Shown here one piece after another: positions 1 through 11,400 of a stretch of 64,000 nucleotides of DNA. Position numbers and translations under genes: made by a program. How positions within the stretch are numbered: the first letter of the stretch is position 1; the number at the start of each line of letters is the position of its first letter. Origin of the DNA: the human T2T-CHM13v2.0 reference genome, Homo sapiens; the NCBI RefSeq assembly GCF_009914755.1, contig NC_060946.1; one strand, written 5' to 3'. The notes under the pieces were generated by a model. The model saw only the letters and a list, made by a program, of their open reading frames with translations. It had not been told where the DNA came from and searched no databases.

Positions 1-117
1 CAGAAAGACTGTTTCAAAACTGCTCTGTCAATAGAAAGGTTCAACTCTGTTAGCTGCGTGCATATATCCCAAAGAAGATTCTGAGATTGCTTCTGTCTAG
101 TTTTTATGGGAAGATAT

Positions 118-134
118 TTCCCTTTTCACCGTAG
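118..134 (+). promoter_or_regulatory. pJalpha / A-box-like site of an A-type monomer (equivalents at ~460, ~802, ~1144 and every 1364 bp)
   Basis: ttcccttttcaccgtag has one mismatch to TTCCTTTTYCACCRTAG and sits 171 bp before CENP-B box 1, at the homologous monomer position. Confidence 0.75.
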
Positions 135-288
135 GTGTCAAGGCGCTCCAAATGTCCACTTCCAGATACTACAAAAAGAGTGTTTCAAACCTACTCTGTG
201 AAAGGGAATATTCAACTCTGTGACTTGAATGCACATATCACAAAGAAGTTTCTGAGAATGCTTCTGTCGAGATTTTATATGAAGATAT

Positions 289-305
289 TCCCGTTTTCAA
301 CGAAA
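289..305 (-). promoter_or_regulatory. CENP-B box, position 1 of the HOR (this copy has a non-core variant; the position is polymorphic across copies)
   Basis: tcccgttttcaacgaaa = reverse complement TTTCGTTGAAAACGGGA; keeps the nTTCGnnnnAnnCGGGn core. A canonical copy is at 1653-1669. Confidence 0.9.
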
Positions 306-630
306 TCCTGAAATCTATCCAAATATCCCCTCGCAGATTCTACAAAAAGAGTGTTTCAAAACTGCTCTGTAAAAAGAAAGGTTCAACTCTGTTAGTTGAG
401 TACACACATCACAAACAAGTTTCACAGAATGCTTCTTTCTAGCTTGTAGGGGAAGATATTCCCTTTATCACCATGGTCCTCAAACCGTCCGAAACGTCCA
501 CTTCCATATACTACAAAAAGAGCGTTTCAAACCTGCTCTAGGAAAGGCAATGTTCAACTCTGTGACTTGAATGCAGACATCACAGAACAGTTTCTGAGAA
601 TGCTTCTGTCTAGATTTTATAGGAAGATAT

Positions 631-647
631 TCCCGTTTCCAACGAAA
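631..647 (-). promoter_or_regulatory. CENP-B box, position 2 of the HOR (repeats every 1364 bp)
   Basis: tcccgtttccaacgaaa = reverse complement TTTCGTTGGAAACGGGA, matching YTTCGTTGGAARCGGGA. Confidence 0.95.
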
Positions 648-972
648 TCTTCACAGCTATCCAAATATCCACTTGCAGATTCTACAAAAAGAGTGTATCA
701 AAACTGCTCTGTCAAAAGGAAGGTTCTTCTCTGTTAGGTGAGTGCATACGTCATAAAGGAGTTTCTGAGAATGTTTCTGTCTAGTGGTTATGGGAAGATA
801 TTTGCTTTTTCACCGTAGGCCTCAGAGCGCTCCAAATATCCACTTGCACATACTACAAAAAGAGTGCCTCAAAGCTGCTCTCTGAAACGGAATGTTCAAC
901 TCTATGAGTTGAATGCAAACATCACAAAGACGTTTCTGAGAATGCTTCTGTCTAGATTTGATATGAAGATAT

Positions 973-989
973 TCCCGTTTCCAACGAAA
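973..989 (-). promoter_or_regulatory. CENP-B box, position 3 of the HOR (repeats every 1364 bp)
   Basis: tcccgtttccaacgaaa, canonical; 342 bp after box 2. Confidence 0.95.
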
Positions 990-1310
990 TCTTCAAATCT
1001 ATCCAAATGTCCACTTGCAGATTCAACAAAAAGTGTTCTTCAGAACTGCTCTATCAAAAGAAAGATCCACCTCTGTTAGCTGAGTTCACACATCACAAAC
1101 AAGTTTATGAGAATGCTTCTGTCTAGTTTTTATTTGAAGATATTTCCTTTCTCACCATAGACCTGAAAGCTGTCCTAATGTTCACTTCCAGATACTACAG
1201 AAAGAGTGTTTCAAAACTGCTGTTCGAAAGGGAATTTTCAACTCTGTGACTTGAATGCACACATCACAAAGAAGTTTCTGAGGATGCTGCTGTCTACTTT
1301 TTATACGTAA

Positions 1311-1327
1311 TCCCGTTTCCAACGAAA
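1311..1327 (-). promoter_or_regulatory. CENP-B box, position 4 of the HOR, beside a fixed 4-bp deletion
   Basis: tcccgtttccaacgaaa, canonical; preceded by ttatacgtaa instead of ttatatgaagatat, giving a 338-bp dimer. Confidence 0.95.
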
Positions 1328-4300
1328 TCCTCCAAGCTATCCAAATATCCACTTGCAGATTCCACAGAAAGACTGTTTCAAAACTGCTCTGTCAATAGAA
1401 AGGTTCAACTCTGTTAGCTGCGTGCATATATCCCAAAGAAGATTCTGAGATTGCTTCTGTCTAGTTTTTATGGGAAGATATTTCCCTTTTCACCGTAGGC
1501 GTCAAGGCGCTCCAAATGTCCACTTCCAGATACTACAAAAAGAGTGTTTCAAACCTACTCTGTGAAAGCGAATATTCAACTCTGTGACTTGAATGCACAT
1601 ATCACAAAGAAGTTTCTGAGAATGCTTCTGTCGAGATTTTATATGAAGATATTCCCGTTTCCAACGAAATCCTGAAATCTATCCAAATATCCCCTCGCAG
1701 ATTCTACAAAAAGAGTGTTTCAAAACTGCTCTGTAAAAAGAAAGGTTCAACTCTGTTAGTTGAGTACACACATCGCAAACAAGTTTCACAGAATGCTTCT
1801 TTCTAGCTTGTAGGGGAAGATATTCCCTTTATCACCATGGGCCTCCAACCGTCCGAAACGTCCACTTCCATATACTACCAAAAGAGCGTTTCAAACCTGC
1901 TCTAGGAAAGGCAATGTTCAACTCCCTGACTTGAATGCAGACATCACAGAGCAGTTTCTGAGAATGCTTCTGTCTAGATTTTATAGGAAGATATTCCCGT
2001 TTCCAACGAAATCTTCACAGCTATCCAAATATCCACTTGCAGATTCTACAAAAAGAGTGTATCAAAACTGCTCTGTCAAAAGGAAGGTTCTTCTCTGTTA
2101 GGTGAGTGCATACGTCATAAAGGAGTTTCTGAGAATGTTTCTGTCTAGTGGTTATGGGAAGATATTTGCTTTTTCCCCGTAGACCTCAGAGCGCTCCAAA
2201 TGTCCACTTGCACATGCTACAAAAAGAGTGCTTCAAAGCTGCTCTCTGAAAGGGAATGTTCAACTCTATGAGTTGAATGCAAACATCACAAAGACGTTTC
2301 TGAGAATGCTTCTGTCTAGATTTGATATGAAGATATTCCCGTTTCCAACGAAATCTTCAAATCTATCCAAATGTCCACTTGCAGATTCAACAAAAAGTGT
2401 TTTTCAAAACTGCTGTATCAAAAGAAAGATCCACGTCTGTTAGCTGAGTTCACACATCACAAACAAGTTTATGAGAATGCTTCTGTCTAGTTTTTATTTG
2501 AAGATATTTCCTTTCTCACCATAGACCTGAAAGCTGTCCTAATGTTCACTTCCAGATACTACAGAAAGAGTGTTTCAAAACTGCTGTACGAAAGGGAATG
2601 TTCAACTCTGTGACTTGAATGCACACATCACAAAGAAGTTTCTGAGGATGCTGCTGTCTACTTTTTATACGTAATCCCGTTTCCAACGAAATCCTCCAAG
2701 CTATCCAAATATCCACTTGCAGATTCCACAGAAAGACTGTTTCAAAACTGCTCTGTCAATAGAAAGGTTCAACTCTGTTAGCTGCGTGCATATATCCCAA
2801 AGAAGATTCTGAGATTGCTTCTGTCTAGTTTTTATGGGAAGATATTTCCCTTTTCACCGTAGGCGTCAAGGCGCTCCAAATGTCCACTTCCAGATACTAC
2901 AAAAAGAGTGTTTCAAACCTACTCTGTGAAAGGGAATATTCAACTCTGTGACTTGAATGCACATATCACAAAGAAGTTTCTGAGAATGCTTCGGTCGAGA
3001 TTTTATATGAAGATATTCCCGTTTCCAACGAAATCCTGAAATCTATCCAAATATCCCCTCGCAGATTCTACAAAAAGAGTGTTTCAAAACTGCTCTGTAA
3101 AAAGAAAGGTTCAACTCTGTTAGTTGAGTACACACATCACAAACAAGTTTCACAGAATGCTTCTTTCTAGCTTGTAGGGGAAGATATTCCCTTTATCACC
3201 ATGGGCCTCCAACCGTCCGAAACGTCCACTTCCATATACTACAAAAAGAGCGTTTCAAACCTGCTCTATGAAACGCAATGTTCAACTCTGTGACTTGAAT
3301 GCAGACATCACAGAGCAGTTTCTGAGAATGCTTCTGTCTAGATTTTATAGGAAGATATTCCCGTTTCCAACGAAATCTTCACAGCTATCCAAATATCCAC
3401 TTGCAGATTCTACAAAAAGAGTGTATCAAAACTGCTCTGTCAAAAGGAAGGTTCTTCTCTGTTAGGTGAGTGCATACGTCATAAAGGAGTTTCTGAGAAT
3501 GTTTCTGTCTAGTGGTTATGGGAAGATATTTGCTTTTTCACCGTAGGCCTCAGAGCGCTCCAAATATCCACTTGCACATACTACAAAAAGAGTGCCTCAA
3601 AGCTGCTCTTTGAAACGGAATGTTCAACTCTATGAGTTGAATGCAAACATCACAAAGACGTTTCTGAGAATGCTTCTGTCTAGATTTGATATGAAGATAT
3701 TCCCGTTTCCAACGAAATCTTCAAATCTATCCAAATGTCCACTTGCAGATTCAACAAAAAGTGTTTTTCAGAACTGCTCTATCAAAAGAAAGATCCACCT
3801 CTGTTAGCTGAGTTCACACATCACAAACAAGTTTATGAGAATGCTTCTGTCTAGTTTTTATTTGAAGATATTTCCTTTCTCACCATAGACCTGAAAGCTG
3901 TCCTAATGTTCACTTCCAGATACTACAGAAAGAGTGTTTCAAAACTGCTGTACGAAAGGGAATGTTCAACTCTGTGACTTGAATGCACACATCACAAAGA
4001 AGTTTCTGAGGATGCTGCTGTCTACTTTTTATACGTAATCCCGTTTCCAACGAAATCCTCCAAGCTATCCAAATATCCACTTGCAGATTCCACAGAAAGA
4101 CTGTTTCAAAACTGCTCTGTCAATAGAAAGGTTCAACTCTGTTAGCTGCGTGCATATATCCCAAAGAAGATTCTGAGATTGCTTCTGTCTAGTTTTTATG
4201 GGAAGATATTTCCCTTTTCACCGTAGGCGTCAAGGCGCTCCAAATGTCCACTTCCAGATACTACAAAAAGAGTGTTTCAAACCTACTCTGTGAAAGGGAA

Positions 4301-7300
4301 TATTCAACTCTGTGACTTGAATGCAGATATCACAAAGAAGTTTCTGAGAATGCTTCTGTCGAGATTTTATATGAAGATATTCCCGTTTCCAACGAAATCC
4401 TGAAATCTATCCAAATATCCCCTCGCAGATTCTACAAAAAGAGTGTTTCAAAACTGTTCTGTAAAAAGAAAGGTTCAACTCTGTTAGTTGAGTACACACA
4501 TCACAAACAAGTATCACAGAATGCTTCTTTCTAGCTTGTAGGGAAAGATATTCCCTTTATCACCATGGGCCTCAAACCGTCCGAAACGTCCACTTCCATA
4601 TACTTCAAAAAGAGCGTTTCAAACCTGCTCTATGAAAGGCAATGTTCAACTCTGTGACTTGAATGCAGACATCACAGAGCTGTTTCTGAGAATGCTTCTA
4701 TCTAGATTTTATAGGATGATATTCCCGTTTCCAACGAAATCTTCACAGCTATCCAAATATCCACTTGCAGATTCTACAAAAAGAGTGTATCCAAACTGCT
4801 CTGGCAAAAGGAAGGTTCTTCTCTGTTAGGTGAGTGCATACGTCATAAAGGAGTTTCTGAGAATGTTTCTGTCTAGTGGTTATGGGAAGATATTTGCTTT
4901 TTCACCGTAGGCCTCAGAGCGCTCCAAATATCCACTTGCACATACTACAAAAAGAGTGCCTCAAAGCTGCTCTCTGAAATGGAATGTTCAACTCTATGAG
5001 TTGAATGCAAACATCACAAAGACGTTTCTGAGAATGCTTCTGTCTAGATTTGATATGAAGATATTCCCGTTTCCAACGAAATCTTCAAATCTATCCAAAT
5101 GTCCACTTGCAGATTCAACAAAAAGTGTTTTTCAGAACTGCTCTATCAAAAGAAAGATCCACCTCTGTTAGCTGAGTTCACACATCCAAACAAGTTTATG
5201 AGAATGCTTCTGTCTAGTTTTTATTTGAAGATATTTCCTTTCTCACCATAGACCTGAAAGCTGTCCTAATGTTCACTTCCAGATACCACAGAAAGAGTGT
5301 TTCAAAACTGCTGTACGAAAGGGAATGTTCAACTCTGTGACTTGAATGCACACATCACAAAGAAGTTTCTGAGGATGCTGCTGTCTACTTTTTATACGTA
5401 ATCCCGTTTCCAACGAAATCCTCCAAGCTATCCAAATATCCACTTGCAGATTCCACAGAAAGACTGTTTCAAAACTGCTCTGTCAATAGAAAGGTTCAAC
5501 TCTGTTAGCTGCGTGCATATATCCCAAAGAAGATTCTGAGATTGCTTCTGTCTAGTTTTTATGGGAAGATATTTCCCTTTTCACCGTAGGTGTCAAGGCG
5601 CTCCAAATGTCCACTTCCAGATACTACAAAAAGAGTGTTTCAAACCTGCTCTGTGATAGGGAATATTCAACTCTGTGACTTTAATGCACATATCACAAAG
5701 AAGTTTCTGAGAATGCTTCTGTCGAGATTTTATATGAAGATATTCCCGTTTCCAAAGAAATCCTGAAATCTATCCAAATATCCCCTCGCAGATTCTACAA
5801 AAAGAGTGTTTCAAAACTGCTCTGTAAAAAGAAAGGTTCAACTCTGTTAGTTGAGTACACACATCACAAACAAGTTTCACAGAATGCTTCTTTCTAGCTT
5901 GTAGGGGAAGATATTCCCTTTATCACCATGGGCCTCCAACCGTCCGAAACGTCCACTTCCATATACTACAAAAAGAGCGTTTCAAACCTGCTCTAGGAAA
6001 GGCAATGTTCAACTCTGTGACTTGAATGCAGACATCACAGAGCAGTTTCTGAGAATGCTTCTGTCTAGATTTTATAGGAAGATATTCCCGTTTCCAACGA
6101 AATCTTCACAGCTATCCAAATATCCACTTGCAGATTCTACAAAAAGAGTGTATCAAAACTGCTCTGTCAAAAGGAAGGTTCTTCTCTGTTAGGTGAGTGC
6201 ATACGTCATAAAGGAGTTTCTGAGAATGTTTCTGTCTAGTGGTTATGGGAAGATATTTGCTTTTTCACCGTAGGCCTCAGAGCGCTCCAAATATCCACTT
6301 GCACATACTACAAAAAGAGTGCCTCAAAGCTGCTCTTTGAAACGGAATGTTCAACTCTATGAGTTGAATGCAAACATCACAAAGACGTTTCTGAGAATGC
6401 TTCTGTCTAGATTTGATATGAAGATATTCCCGTTTCCAACGAAATCTTCAAATCTATCCAAATGTCCACTTGCAGATTCAACAAAAAGTGTTTTTCAGAA
6501 CTGCTCTATCAAAAGAAAGATCCACCTCTGTTAGCTGAGTTCACACATCACAAACAAGTTTATGAGAATGCTTCTGTCTAGTTTTTATTTGAAGATATTT
6601 CCTTTCTCACCATAGACCTGAAAGCTGTCCTAATGTTCACTTCCAGATACTACAGAAAGAGTGTTTCAAAACTGCTGTACGAAAGGGAATGTTCAACTCT
6701 GTGACTTGAATGCACACATCACAAAGAAGTTTCTGAGGATGCTGCTGTCTACTTTTTATACGTAATCCCGTTTCCAACGAAATCCTCCAAGCTATCCAAA
6801 TATCCACTTGCAGATTCCACAGAAAGACTGTTTCAAAACTGCTCTGTCAATAGAAAGGTTCAACTCTGTTAGCTGCGTGCATATATCCCAAAGAAGATTC
6901 TGAGATTGCTTCTGTCTAGTTTTTATGGGAAGATATTTCCCTTTTCACCGTAGGCGTCAAGGCGCTCCAAATGTCCACTTCCAGATACTACAAAAAGAGT
7001 GTTTCAAACCTACTCTGTGAAAGGGAATATTCAACTCTGTGACTTGAATGCACATATCACAAAGAAGTTTCTGAGAATGCTTCTGTCGAGATTTTATATG
7101 AAGATATTCCCGTTTTCAACGAAATCCTGAAATCTATCCAAATATCCCCTCGCAGATTCTACAAAAAGAGTGTTTCAAAACTGCTCTGTAAAAAGAAAGG
7201 TTCAACTCTGTTAGTTGAGTACACACATCACAAACAAGTTTCACAGAATGCTTCTTTCTAGCTTGTAGGGGAAGATATTCCCTTTATCACCATGGTCCTC

Positions 7301-8479
7301 AAACCGTCCGAAACGTCCACTTCCATATACTACAAAAAGAGCGTTTCAAACCTGCTCTAGGAAAGGCAATGTTCAACTCTGTGACTTGAATGCAGACATC
7401 ACAGAACAGTTTCTGAGAATGCTTCTGTCTAGATTTTATAGGAAGATATTCCCGTTTCCAACGAAATCTTCACAGCTATCCAAATATCCACTTGCAGATT
7501 CTACAAAAAGAGTGTATCAAAACTGCTCTGTCAAAAGGAAGGTTCTTCTCTGTTAGGTGAGTGCATACGTCATAAAGGAGTTTCTGAGAATGTTTCTGTC
7601 TAGTGGTTATGGGAAGATATTTGCTTTTTCACCGTAGGCCTCAGAGCGCTCCAAATATCCACTTGCACATACTACAAAAAGAGTGCCTCAAAGCTGCTCT
7701 CTGAAACGGAATGTTCAACTCTATGAGTTGAATGCAAACATCACAAAGACGTTTCTGAGAATGCTTCTGTCTAGATTTGATATGAAGATATTCCCGTTTC
7801 CAACGAAATCTTCAAATCTATCCAAATGTCCACTTGCAGATTCAACAAAAAGTGTTTTTCAGAACTGCTCTATCAAAAGAAAGATCCACCTCTGTTAGCT
7901 GAGTTCACACATCACAAACAAGTTTATGAGAATGCTTCTGTCTAGTTTTTATTTGAAGATATTTCCTTTCTCACCATAGACCTGAAAGCTGTCCTAATGT
8001 TCACTTCCAGATACTACAGAAAGAGTGTTTCAAAACTGCTGTTCGAAAGGGAATTTTCAACTCTGTGACTTGAATGCACACATCACAAAGAAGTTTCTGA
8101 GGATGCTGCTGTCTACTTTTTATACGTAATCCCGTTTCCAACGAAATCCTCCAAGCTATCCAAATATCCACTTGCAGATTCCACAGAAAGACTGTTTCAA
8201 AACTGCTCTGTCAATAGAAAGGTTCAACTCTGTTAGCTGCGTGCATATATCCCAAAGAAGATTCTGAGATTGCTTCTGTCTAGTTTTTATGGGAAGATAT
8301 TTCCCTTTTCACCGTAGGCATCAAGGCGCTCCAAATGTCCACTTCCAGATACTACAAAAAGAGTGTTTCAAACCTACTCTGTGAAAGCGAATATTCAACT
8401 CTGTGACTTGAATGCACATATCAGAAAGAAGTTTCTGAGAATGCTTCTGTCGAGATTTTATATGAAGATATTCCCGTTT

Positions 8480-11400
8480 CCAACGAAATCCTGAAATCTA
8501 TCCAAATATCCCCTCGCAGATTCTACAAAAAGAGTGTTTCAAAACTGCTCTGTAAAAAGAAAGGTTCAACTCTGTTAGTTGAGTACACACATCACAAACA
8601 AGTTTCACAGAATGCTTCTTTCTAGCTTGTAGGGAAAGATATTCCCTTTATCACCATGGGCCTCCAACCGTCCGAAACGTCCACTTCCATATACTACCAA
8701 AAGAGCGTTTCAAACCTGCTCTAGGAAAGGCAATGTTCAACTCTCTGACTTGAATGCAGACATCACAGAGCAGTTTCTGAGAATGTTTCTGTCTAGATTT
8801 TATAGGAAGATATTCCCGTTTCCAACGAAATCTTCACAGCTATCCAAATATCCACTTGCAGATTCTACAAAAAGAGTGTATCAAAACTGCTCTGTCAAAA
8901 GGAAGGTTCTTCTCTGTTAGGTGAGTGCATACGTCATAAAGGAGTTTCTGAGAATGTTTCTGTCTAGTGGTTATGGGAAGATATTTGCTTTTTCCCCGTA
9001 GACCTCAGAGCGCTCCAAATGTCGACTTGCACATGCTACAAAAAGAGTGCTTCAAAGCTGCTCTCTGAAAGGGAATGTTCAACTCTATGAGTTGAATGTA
9101 AACATCACAAAGACGTTTCTGAGAATGCTTCTGTCTAGATTTGATATGAAGATATTCCCGTTTCCAACGAAATCTTCAAATCTATCCAAATGTCCACTTG
9201 CAGATTCAACAAAAAGTGTTTTTCAAAACTGCTGTATCAAAAGAAAGATCCACGTCTGTTAGCTGAGTTCACACATCACAAACAAGTTTATGAGAATGCT
9301 TCTGTCTAGTTTTTATTTGAAGATATTTCCTTTCTCACCATAGACCTGAAAGCTGTCCTAATGTTCACTTCCAGATACTACAGAAAGAGTGTTTCAAAAC
9401 TGCTGTACGAAAGGGAATGTTCAACTCTGTGACTTGAATGCACACATCACAAAGAAGTTTCTGAGGATGCTGCTGTCTACTTTTTATACGTAATCCCGTT
9501 TCCAACGAAATCCTCCAAGCTATCCAAATATCCACTTGCAGATTCCACAGAAAGACTGTTTCAAAACTGCTCTGTCAATAGAAAGGTTCAACTCTGTTAG
9601 CTGCGTGCATATATCCCAAAGAAGATTTTGAGATTGCTTCTGTCTAGTTTTTATGGGAAGATATTTCCCTTTTCACCGTAGGTGTCAAGGCTCTCCAAAT
9701 GTCCACTTCCAGATACTACAAAAAGAGTGTTTCAAACCTACTCTGTGAAAGGGAATATTCAACTCTGTGACTTTAATGCACATATCACAAAGAAGTTTCT
9801 GAGAATGCTTCTGTCGAGATTTTATATGAAGATATTCCCGTTTCCAAAGAAATCCTGAAATCTATCCAAATATCCCCTCGCAGATTCTACAAAAAGAGTG
9901 TTTCAAAACTGCTCTGTAAAAAGAAAGGTTCAACTCTGTTAGTTGAGTACACACATCACAAACAAGTTTCACAGAATGCTTCTTTCTAGCTTGTAGGGGA
10001 AGATATTCCCTTTATCACCATGGGCCTCCAACCGTCCGAAACGTCCACTTTCATATACTACAAAAAGAGCGTTTCAAACCTGCTCTAGGAAAGGCAATGT
10101 TCAACTCTGTGACTTGAATGCAGACATCACAGAGCAGTTTCTGAGAATGCTTCTGTCTAGATTTTATAGGAAGATATTCCCGTTTCCAACGAAATCTTCA
10201 CAGCTATCCAAATATCCACTTGCAGATTCTACAAAAAGAGTGTATCAAAACTGCTCTGTCAAAAGGAAGGTTCTTCTCTGTTAGGTGAGTGCATACGTCA
10301 TAAAGGAGTTTCTGAGAATGTTTCTGTCTAGTGGTTATGGGAAGATATTTGCTTTTTCACCGTAGGCCTCAGAGCGCTCCAAATATCCACTTGCACATAC
10401 TACAAAAAGAGTGCCTCAAAGCTGCTCTCTGAAACGGAATGTTCAACTCTATGAGTTGAATGCAAACATCACAAAGACGTTTCTGAGAATGCTTCTGTCT
10501 AGATTTGATATGAAGATATTCCCGTTTCCAACGAAATCTTCTAATCTATCCAAATGTCCACTTGCAGATTCAACAAAAAGTGTTTTTCAGAACTGCTCTA
10601 TCAAAAGAAAGATCCACCTCTGTTAGCTGAGTTCACACATCACAAACAAGTTTATGAGAATGCTTCTGTCTAGTTTTTATTTGAAGATATTTCCTTTCTC
10701 ACCATAGACCTGAAAGCTGTCCTAATGTTCACTTCCAGATACTACAGAAAGAGTGTTTCAAAACTGCTGTACGAAAGGGAATGTTCAACTCTGTGACTTG
10801 AATGCACACATCACAAAGAAGTTTCTGAGGATGCTGCTGTCTACTTTTTATACGTAATCCCGTTTCCAACGAAATCCTCCAAGCTATCCAAATATCCACT
10901 TGCAGATTCCACAGAAAGACTGTTTCAAAACTGCTCTGTCAATAGAAAGGTTCAACTCTGTTAGCTGCGTGCATATATCCCAAAGAAGATTCTGAGATTG
11001 CTTCTGTCTAGTTTTTATGGGAAGATATTTCCCTTTTCACCGTAGGCGTCAAGGCGCTCCAAATGTCCACTTCCAGATACTACAAAAAGAGTGTTTCAAA
11101 CCTACTCTGTGAAAGGGAATATTCAACTCTGTGACTTGAATGCAGATATCACAAAGAAGTTTCTGAGAATGCTTCTGTCGAGATTTTATATGAAGATATT
11201 CCCGGTTCCAACGAAATCCTGAAATCTATCCAAATATCCCCTCGCAGATTCTACAAAAAGAGTGTTTCAAAACTGCTCTGTAAAAAGAAAGGTTCAACTC
11301 TGTTAGTTGAGTACACACATCACAAACAAGTTTCACAGAATGCTTCTTTCTAGCTTGTAGGGAAAGATATTCCCTTTATCACCATGGGCCTCCAACCGTC

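Larger units (their letters stand above)
267..1630 (-). repeat. Representative single 8-monomer HOR unit (TaqI to TaqI, 1364 bp)
   Basis: tcga at 267 and again at 1631; XbaI tctaga at 609 and 951; CENP-B boxes spaced 342+342+338+342 = 1364 bp, i.e. four dimers. Confidence 0.95.

Noticed and set aside
1295-1312. 4-bp deletion beside CENP-B box 4 as a novel variant
   Set aside because: It is fixed in every HOR copy, so it is a constitutive short monomer of this HOR rather than a polymorphic event.
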